NCBI GenBank assembly: GCA_964016885.1
Contig: OZ024744.1
Location: 105,214,001 to 105,278,000, forward strand
Origin: Eledone cirrhosa
Taxonomy: Eukaryota
Length of the DNA stretch: 64,000 nucleotides
Direction of reading: 5' to 3'
The position numbers were made by a program, and so were the translations under genes. A model generated the notes under the pieces. The model worked only from the letters and a program-made list of their open reading frames with translations. It was not told the DNA's origin and made no database searches. Of this stretch, positions 1-10,400 are shown in pieces; positions within the stretch are counted from its first letter, which is position 1; each line of letters starts with the position of its first letter.

Positions 1-42
1 CGTCTATGACTAGTCTGTGTCTACGGTTGTATGCCGTCTATG

Positions 43-1466
43 ACTATTCTGTGTCTATGGTTGAATGCCGTCTATGACTAGTCTGTGTCTACGGTTGTAT
101 GCCGTCTATGATTAGTCTGATCCACGGTTGTATGCCGTCTATGACTAGTCTGATCCACGGTTGTATGCCGTCTATGACTAGTCTGTGTCTTCAGTTGTAT
201 GCCGTTTATGACTAGTCTGTGTGTACGGTTGTATGCCGTCTATGACTAGTCTGTGTCTACGGTTGTATGCCGTCTATGACTAGTCTGTGTCTACGGTTGT
301 ATGCCGTCTATGACTAGTTTGTGTCTACGGTTGTATGCAGTCTATGACTAGTCTGTGTGTTCGGTTGTATGCCGTCTATGACTAGTCTGAGTCTACGGTT
401 GTATGCAGTCTATGACTAGTCTGTGTCTACAGTTGTATGCCGTTTATGACTAGTCTGTGTGTACGGTTGTATGCCGTCTATGACTAGTCTGTGTCTACAG
501 TTGTATGCCGTCTATGACTAGTCTGTGTCTACAGTTGTATACCGTCTATGACTTGTCTATGTCTACAGTTGTATGCCGTCTATGACTAGTCTATGTCTAC
601 GGTTGTATGCTGTCTATGATTAGTCTGTGTCTACGGTTGTATGCCGTCTATGACTAGTCTGTGTCTACGGTTGTATGCCGTCTATGACTAGTCTGTGTCT
701 ACGGTTGTATGCCGTCTATGACTAGTCTGAGTCTACGGTTGTATGCAGTCTATGACTAGTCTGTGTCTACGGTTGTATGCCGTCTATGACTAGTCTGTGT
801 CTACGGTTGTATGCCGTCTATGACTAGTGTGTGTCTACAGTTGTATGCCGTCTATGACTAGTCTGTGTCTACAGTTGTATGCCGTCTATGACTAGTCTGT
901 GTCAACGGTTGTATGCCGTCTATGACTAGTCTGTGTGTACGGTTGTATGCCGTCTATGACTAGTCTGTGTGTACGGTTGTATGCAGTCTATGACTAGTCT
1001 GTGTCTACTGTTGTATGCCGTCTATGACTAGTCTGTGTGTACGGTTGTATGCAGTCTATGACTAGTCTGTGTCTACGGTTGTATGCCGTCTATGGCTAGT
1101 CTGTGTCTACGGTTGTATGCCGTCTATGACTAGTCTGTGTCTACAGTTGTATGCCGTCGATGACTAGTCTGTGTGTACGGTTGTATGCCGTCTATGACTA
1201 GTCTGTGTCTGCAGTTGTATGCCGTCTATGACTAGTTTGTGTCTACGGTTGTATGCAGTCTATGACTAGTCTGTGTCTACGGTTTTATGCCGTCTATGAC
1301 TAGTCTGTGTCTACAGTTGTAAGCCGTCTATGACTAGTCTGTGTCTTCGGTTGTATGCCGTCTATGACTAGTCTGTCTACGGTTGTATGCCGTCTATGAC
1401 TAGTCTGTGTCTACAGTTGTATGCCGTCTATGACTAGTCTGTGTCTACGGTTGTATGCCGTCTATG
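43..1466. repeat. 42-monomer (1,424 bp) higher-order sub-block, representative copy
   Basis: The marker monomer ACTATTCTGTGTCTATGGTTGAATG recurs 1,424 bp apart at 43/1467, 5501/6925, 7397/8821, 18391/19815, 20287/21711, 39969/41393, 46039/47463 and 48071/49495. 1,424 = 42x34 - 4, matching two 33-bp monomers and one 32-bp monomer per block. Confidence 0.92.
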
Positions 1467-4400
1467 ACTATTCTGTGTCTATGGTTGAATGCCGTCTATG
1501 ACTAGTCTGTGTCTACGGTTGTATGCCGTCTATGATTAGTCTGATCCACGGTTGTATGCCGTCTATGACTAGTCTGATCCACGGTTGTATGCCGTCTATG
1601 ACTAGTCTGTGTCTTCAGTTGTATGCCGTCTATGACTAGTCTGTGTGTACGGTTGTATGCCGTCTATGACTAGTCTGTGTCTACAGTTGTATGCCGTCTA
1701 TGACTAGTCTGTGTCTACAGTTGTATACCGTCTATGACTTGTCTATGTCTACAGTTGTATGCCGTCTATGACTAGTCTGTGTCTACGGTTGTATGCCGTC
1801 TATGACTAGTCTGTGTCTACGGTTTTATGCCGTCTATGACTAGTCTGTGTCTACGGTTGTATGCTGTCTATGACTAGTCTGTGTCTACTGCTGTATGCAG
1901 TCTATGACTAAACTGTGTCTACGGTTGTATGCAGGCTATGACTAGTCTGTGTCTACCGTTGTATGCCGTCTATGACTAGTCTGTTTGTACGGTTGTATGC
2001 CGTCTATGACTAGTCTGTGTGTACGGTTGTATGCCGTCTATGACTAGTCTGTGTCTACGGTTGTATGCCGTCTATGACTAGTCTGATCCACGGTTGTATG
2101 CCGTCTATGACTAGTCTGTGTCTACGGTTGTATGCAGTCTATGACTAGTCAGTGTCTACGGTTGTATGGCGTCTATGACTAGTGTGTGTCTACGGTTGTA
2201 TGCCATCTATGACTAGTCTGTGTCTACAGTTGTATGCCATCTATGACTAGTCTGTGTCAACAGTTGTATACTGTCTATGACTAGTCTGTGTCTACGGTTG
2301 TATGCCGTCTATGACTAGTCTGTCTGTACGGTTGTATGCCATATATGACTAGTCTGTGTGTAATGTTGTATGCCGTCTATGACTAGTCTGTGTCTACGCT
2401 TGTATGCCGTCTATGACTAGTCTGTGTGTACGGTTGTATGCCGTCTATGACTAGTCTGTGTCTACGGTTGTATGCCGTCTATGACTAGTCTGTGTCTACG
2501 GTTGTATGCCCTCTTTGACTAGTCTGTGTCTACGGTTGTATACCGTCTATGACTAGTCTGTGTCTACTGTTGTATGCAGTCTATGACTAGTCTGTGTCTA
2601 CGGTTGTATGTCGTCTATGACTAGTCTGTGTCTACGGTTGTATGCTGTCTATGACTAGTCTGTGTCTAGGGTTGTATGCCGTCTATGACTAGTCTGTGTC
2701 TACGGTTGTATGCCGTCTATGACTAGTCTGAGTCTACGGTTGTATGGCGTCTATGACTAGTCTGTGTCTACGGTTGTATGCCGTCTATGACTAGTCTGTG
2801 TCTACAGTTGTATGCCGTCTATGACTAGTCTGTGTCTACGGTTGTATGCCGTCTATGACTAGTCTGTGTCTACGGTTGTATGCCGTCTATGACTAGTCTG
2901 TGTCTACGGTTGTATGCCGTCTATGACTAATCTGTGTGTACGGTTGTATGCAGTCTATGACTAGTCTGTGTCTACTGTTGTATGCCGTCTATGACAAGTC
3001 TGTGTGTACGGTGGTATGCAGTCTATGACTAGTCTGTGTCTACGGTTGTATGCCGTCTATGACTAGTCTGTGTGTACGGTTGTATGCAGTCTATGACTAG
3101 TCTGTGTCTACGGTTGTATGCCGTCTATGACTAGTCTGTGTCTACAGTTGTGTGCCATCTATGACTAGTCTGTGTGTACGGTTGTATGCAGTATATGACT
3201 AGTCTGTGTCTACAGTTGTATGCCGTCTATGACTAGCCTGAGTCTACGGTTGTATGCAGTCTATGACTAGTCTGTGTGTACGGTTGTATGCCGTCTATGA
3301 CTAGTCTACGGTTGTATGCCGTCTATGACTAATCTGTGTGTACGGTTGTATGCAGTCTATGACTAGTCTGTGTCTACGGTTGTATGCCGTCTATGACTAG
3401 TCTGTGTCTACAGTTGTATGCCGTCTATGACTAGTTTGTGTCTACGGTTGTATACCGTCTATGACTAGTCTGTGTCTACGGTTGTATGCAGTCTATGACT
3501 AGTCTGTGTCTACTGTTGTATGCCGTCTATGACTAGTCTGTGTCTACGGTTGTATGCCGTCTATGACTAGTCTGTGTCTACAGTTGTATGCCGTCTATGA
3601 CTAGTCTGTGTCTTCGGTTGTATGCCGTCTATGACTAGTCTGTGTCTACGGTTGTATGCCGTCTATGACTAGTCTGTGTCTACGTTTGTATGCCGTCTAT
3701 GACTAGTCTGTGTCTACGGTTGTATGCCGTCTATGACTAGTCTGTGTGTACGGTTATATGCCGTCTATGACTAGTCTGTGTCTACAGTTGTATGCCGTCT
3801 ATGACTAGTCTGTGTCTACAGTTGTATGCCGTCTATGACTAGTCTGTGTCTACAGTTGTATACCGTCTATGACTTGTCTATGTCTACAGTTGTATGCCGT
3901 CTATGACTAGTCTGTGTCTACGGTTGTATGCCGTCTATGACTAGTCTGTGTCTACGGTTGTATGCCGTCAATGACTAGACTGTGTCTACAGTTGTATGCC
4001 ATCTATGACTAGTCTGTGTCTACTGCTGTATGCAGTCTATGACTAGTCTGTGTCTACGGTTGTATGCAGGCTATGACTAGTCATTGTCTACGGTTGTATG
4101 CAGGTTATGACTAGTCTGTGTCTACGGTTGTATGCCGTCTATGACTAGTCTGTGTCTACAGTTGTATGCCGTCTATGACTAGTCTGTGTCTTCGGTTGTA
4201 TGCCGTCTATGACTAGTCTGTGTGTACGGTTGTATTCCGTCTATGACTAGTCTGTGTCTACGGTTTATGCCGTCTATGACTAGTCTGTGTCTACGGTTGT
4301 ATGCCATCTATGACTAGTCTGTGTGTACGGTTGTATGCCGTCTATGACTAGTCTGTGTCTACGGTTGTATGCCGTCTATGACTAGTCTGTGTCTACGGTT

Positions 4401-7400
4401 GTATGCCGTCTATGACTAGTCTGTGTCTACGGTTGTATGCCCTCTTTGACTAGTCTGTGTCTACGGTTGTATGCCGTCTATGACTAGTCTGTGTCTACTG
4501 TTGTATGCAGTCTATGACTAGTCTGTGTCTACGGTTATATCCCGTCTATGACTAGTCTGTGGGTACGGTTGTATGCTGTCTATGACTAGTCTGTGTCTAC
4601 GGTTGTATGCCGTCTATGACTAGTCTGTGTCTACGGTTGTATGCCGTCTATGACTAGTCTGTGTCTACGGTTGTATGCCGTCTATGACTAGTCTGAGTCT
4701 ACGGTTGTATGCAGTCTATGGCTAGACTGTGTCTACGATTGTATGCCGTCTATGACTAGTCTGTGTCTACGGTTGTATGCCGTCTATGACTAGTGTGTGT
4801 CTACAGTTGTATGCCGTCTATGACTAGTCTGTGTCTACAGTTGTATGCCGTCTATGACTAGTCTGTGTCAACGGTTGTATGCCGTCTATGACTAGTCTGT
4901 GTGTACGGTTGTATGCCGTCTATGACTAGTCTGTGTCTACGGTTGTATGCCGTCTATGACTAGTCTGTGTGTACGGTTGTATGCAGTCTATGACTAGTCT
5001 GTGTCTACTGTTGTATGCCGTCTGTGACTAGTCTGTGTGTACGGTTGTATGCAGTCTATGACTAGTCTGTGTCTACAGTTGTATGCCGTCTATGGCTAGT
5101 CTGTGTGTACGGTTGTATGCCGTCTAAGACTAGTCTGTGTCTACAGTTGAATGCCGTCGATGACTAGTCTGTGTCTACAGTTGTATGCCGTCTATGACTA
5201 GTCTGTGTGTACGGTTGTATGCCGTCTATGACTAGTCTGTGTCTGCAGTTGTATGCCGTCTATGACTAGTTTGTGTCTACGGTTGTATGCAGTCTATGAC
5301 TAGTCTGTGTCTACGGTTGTATGCCGTCTATGACTAGTCTGTGTCTACAGTTGTATGCCGTCTATGACTAGTCTGTGTCTTCGGTTGTATGCCGTCTATG
5401 ACTAGTCTGTCTACGGTTGTATGCCGTCTATGACTAGTCTGTGTCTACAGTTGTATGCCGTCTATGACTAGTCTGTGTCTACGGTTGTATGCCGTCTATG
5501 ACTATTCTGTGTCTATGGTTGAATGCCGTCTATGACTAGTCTGTGTCTACGGTTGTATGCCGTCTATGATTAGTCTGATCCACGGTTGTATGCCGTCTAT
5601 GACTAGTCTGATCCACGGTTGTATGCCGTCTATGACTAGTCTGTGTCTTCAGTTGTATGCCGTTTATGACTAGTCTGTGTGTACGGTTGTATGCCGTCTA
5701 TGACTAGTCTGTGTCTACGGTTGTATGCCGTCTATGACTAGTCTGTGTCTACGGTTGTATGCCGTCTATGACTAGTTTGTGTCTACGGTTGTATGCAGTC
5801 TATGACTAGTCTGTGTGTTCGGTTGTATGCCGTCTATGACTAGTCTGAGTCTACGGTTGTATGCAGTCTATGACTAGTCTGTGTCTACAGTTGTATGCCG
5901 TTTATGACTAGTCTGTGTGTACGGTTGTATGCCGTCTATGACTAGTCTGTGTCTACAGTTGTATGCCGTCTATGACTAGTCTGTGTCTACAGTTGTATAC
6001 CGTCTATGACTTGTCTATGTCTACAGTTGTATGCCGTCTATGACTAGTCTATGTCTACGGTTGTATGCTGTCTATGACTAGTCTGTGTCTACGGTTGTAT
6101 GCCGTCTATGACTAGTCTGTGTCTACGGTTGTATGCCGTCTATGACTAGTCTGTGTCTACGGTTGTATGCCGTCTATGACTAGTCTGAGTCTACGGTTGT
6201 ATGCAGTCTATGACTAGTCTGTGTCTACGGTTGTATGCCGTCTATGACTAGTCTGTGTCTACGGTTGTATGCCGTCTATGACTAGTGTGTGTCTACAGTT
6301 GTATGCCGTCTATGACTAGTCTGTGTCTACAGTTGTATGCCGTCTATGACTAGTCTGTGTCAACGGTTGTATGCCGTCTATGACTAGTCTGTGTGTACGG
6401 TTGTATGCCGTCTATGACTAGTCTGTGTGTACGGTTGTATGCAGTCTATGACTAGTCTGTGTCTACTGTTGTATGCCGTCTATGACTAGTCTGTGTGTAC
6501 GGTTGTATGCAGTCTATGACTAGTCTGTGTCTACGGTTGTATGCCGTCTATGGCTAGTCTGTGTCTACGGTTGTATGCCGTCTATGACTAGTCTGTGTCT
6601 ACAGTTGTATGCCGTCGATGACTAGTCTGTGTGTACGGTTGTATGCCGTCTATGACTAGTCTGTGTCTGCAGTTGTATGCCGTCTATGACTAGTTTGTGT
6701 CTACGGTTGTATGCAGTCTATGACTAGTCTGTGTCTACGGTTTTATGCCGTCTATGACTAGTCTGTGTCTACAGTTGTAAGCCGTCTATGACTAGTCTGT
6801 GTCTTCGGTTGTATGCCGTCTATGACTAGTCTGTCTACGGTTGTATGCCGTCTATGACTAGTCTGTGTCTACAGTTGTATGCCGTCTATGACTAGTCTGT
6901 GTCTACGGTTGTATGCCGTCTATGACTATTCTGTGTCTATGGTTGAATGCCGTCTATGACTAGTCTGTGTCTACGGTTGTATGCCGTCTATGATTAGTCT
7001 GATCCACGGTTGTATGCCGTCTATGACTAGTCTGATCCACGGTTGTATGCCGTCTATGACTAGTCTGTGTCTTCAGTTGTATGCCGTTTATGACTAGTCT
7101 GTGTGTACGGTTGTGTGCCGTCTATGACTAGTCTGAGTCTACGGTTGTATGCCGTCTATGACTAGTCTGTGTCTACGGTTGTATGCCGTCTATGACTAGT
7201 CTGTGTCTACGGTTGTATGCAGTCTATGACTAGTCTGTGTGTTCGGTTGTATGCCGTCTATGACTAGTCTGAGTCTACGGTTGTATGCAGTCTATGACTA
7301 GTCTGTCTACGGTTGTATGCCGTCTATGACTAGTCTGTGTCTACAGTTGTATGCCGTCTATGACTAGTCTGTGTCTACGGTTGTATGCCGTCTATGACTA

Positions 7401-10400
7401 TTCTGTGTCTATGGTTGAATGCCGTCTATGACTAGTCTGTGTCTACGGTTGTATGCCGTCTATGATTAGTCTGATCCACGGTTGTATGCCGTCTATGACT
7501 AGTCTGATCCACGGTTGTATGCCGTCTATGACTAGTCTGTGTCTTCAGTTGTATGCCGTTTATGACTAGTCTGTGTGTACGGTTGTATGCCGTCTATGAC
7601 TAGTCTGTGTCTACGGTTGTATGCCGTCTATGACTAGTCTGTGTCTACGGTTGTATGCCGTCTATGACTAGTTTGTGTCTACGGTTGTATGCAGTCTATG
7701 ACTAGTCTGTGTGTTCGGTTGTATGCCGTCTATGACTAGTCTGAGTCTACGGTTGTATGCAGTCTATGACTAGTCTGTGTCTACAGTTGTATGCCGTTTA
7801 TGACTAGTCTGTGTGTACGGTTGTATGCCGTCTATGACTAGTCTGTGTCTACAGTTGTATGCCGTCTATGACTAGTCTGTGTCTACAGTTGTATACCGTC
7901 TATGACTTGTCTATGTCTACAGTTGTATGCCGTCTATGACTAGTCTATGTCTACGGTTGTATGCTGTCTATGACTAGTCTGTGTCTACGGTTGTATGCCG
8001 TCTATGACTAGTCTGTGTCTACGGTTGTATGCCGTCTATGACTAGTCTGTGTCTACGGTTGTATGCCGTCTATGACTAGTCTGAGTCTACGGTTGTATGC
8101 AGTCTATGACTAGTCTGTGTCTACGGTTGTATGCCGTCTATGACTAGTCTGTGTCTACGGTTGTATGCCGTCTATGACTAGTGTGTGTCTACAGTTGTAT
8201 GCCGTCTATGACTAGTCTGTGTCTACAGTTGTATGCCGTCTATGACTAGTCTGTGTCAACGGTTGTATGCCGTCTATGACTAGTCTGTGTGTACGGTTGT
8301 ATGCCGTCTATGACTAGTCTGTGTGTACGGTTGTATGCAGTCTATGACTAGTCTGTGTCTACTGTTGTATGCCGTCTATGACTAGTCTGTGTGTACGGTT
8401 GTATGCAGTCTATGACTAGTCTGTGTCTACGGTTGTATGCCGTCTATGGCTAGTCTGTGTTTACGGTTGTATGCCGTCTATGACTAGTCTGTGTCTACAG
8501 TTGTATGCCGTCGATGACTAGTCTGTGTGTACGGTTGTATGCCGTCTATGACTAGTCTGTGTCTGCAGTTGTATGCCGTCTATGACTAGTTTGTGTCTAC
8601 GGTTGTATGCAGTCTATGACTAGTCTGTGTCTACGGTTTTATGCCGTCTATGACTAGTCTGTGTCTACAGTTGTAAGCCGTCTATGACTAGTCTGTGTCT
8701 TCGGTTGTATGCCGTCTATGACTAGTCTGTCTACGGTTGTATGCCGTCTATGACTAGTCTGTGTCTACAGTTGTATGCCGTCTATGACTAGTCTGTGTCT
8801 ACGGTTGTATGCCGTCTATGACTATTCTGTGTCTATGGTTGAATGCCGTCTATGACTAGTCTGTGTCTACGGTTGTATGCCGTCTATGATTAGTCTGATC
8901 CACGGTTGTATGCCGTCTATGACTAGTCTGATCCACGGTTGTATGCCGTCTATGACTAGTCTGTGTCTTCAGTTGTATGCCGTTTATGACTAGTCTGTGT
9001 GTACGGTTGTATGCCGTCTATGACTAGTCTGTGTCTACGGTTGTATGCCGTCTATGACTAGTCTGTGTCTACGGTTGTATGCCGTCTATGACTAGTCTGT
9101 GTCTACGGTTGTATGCAGTCTATGACTAGTCTGTGTGTTCGGTTGTATGCCGTCTATGACTAGTCTGAGTCTACGGTTGTATGCAGTCTATGACTAGTCT
9201 GTGTCTACAGTTGTATGCCGTTTATGACTAGTCTGTGTGTACGGTTGTATGCCGTCTATGACTAGTCTGTGTCTACAGTTGTATGCCGTCTATGACTAGT
9301 CTGTGTCTACAGTTGTATACCGTCTATGACTTGTCTATGTCTACAGTTGTATGCCGTCTATGACTAGTCTGTGTCTACGGTTGTATGCCGTCTGTGACTA
9401 GTCTGTGTCTACGGTTTTATGCCGTCTATGACTAGTCTGTGTCTACGGTTGTATGCTGTCTATGACTAGTCTGTGTCTACTGCTGTATGCAGTCTATGAC
9501 TAAACTGTGTCTACGGTTGTATGCAGGCTATGACTAGTCTGTGTCTACCGTTGTATGCCGTCTATGACTAGTCTGTTTGTACGGTTGTATGCCGTCTATG
9601 ACTAGTCTGTGTGTACGGTTGTATGCCGTCTATGACTAGTCTGTGTCTACGGTTGTATGCCGTCTATGACTAGTCTGATCCACGGTTGTATGCCGTCTAT
9701 GACTAGTCTGTGTCTACGGTTGTATGCAGTCTATGACTAGTCAGTGTCTACGGTTGTATGGCGTCTATGACTAGTGTGTGTCTACGGTTGTATGCCATCT
9801 ATGACTAGTCTGTGTCTACAGTTGTATGCCATCTATGACTAGTCTGTGTCAACAGTTGTATACTGTCTATGACTAGTCTGTGTCTACGGTTGTATGCCGT
9901 CTATGACTAGTCTGTCTGTACGGTTGTATGCCATATATGACTAGTCTGTGTGTAATGTTGTATGCCGTCTATGACTAGTCTGTGTCTACGCTTGTATGCC
10001 GTCTATGACTAGTCTGTGTGTACGGTTGTATGCCGTCTATGACTAGTCTGTGTCTACGGTTGTATGCCGTCTATGACTAGTCTGTGTCTACGGTTGTATG
10101 CCCTCTTTGACTAGTCTGTGTCTACGGTTGTATACCGTCTATGACTAGTCTGTGTCTACTGTTGTATGCAGTCTATGACTAGTCTGTGTCTACGGTTGTA
10201 TGTCGTCTATGACTAGTCTGTGTCTACGGTTGTATGCTGTCTATGACTAGTCTGTGTCTAGGGTTGTATGCCGTCTATGACTAGTCTGTGTCTACGGTTG
10301 TATGCCGTCTATGACTAGTCTGAGTCTACGGTTGTATGGCGTCTATGACTAGTCTGTGTCTACGGTTGTATGCCGTCTATGACTAGTCTGTGTCTACAGT

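Noticed and set aside
23-37. Rho-independent terminator or structured ncRNA gene from the ACGG/CCGT stem
   Set aside because: The stem is only 4-5 bp, there is no U-tract or gene context, and it is simply part of every monomer.
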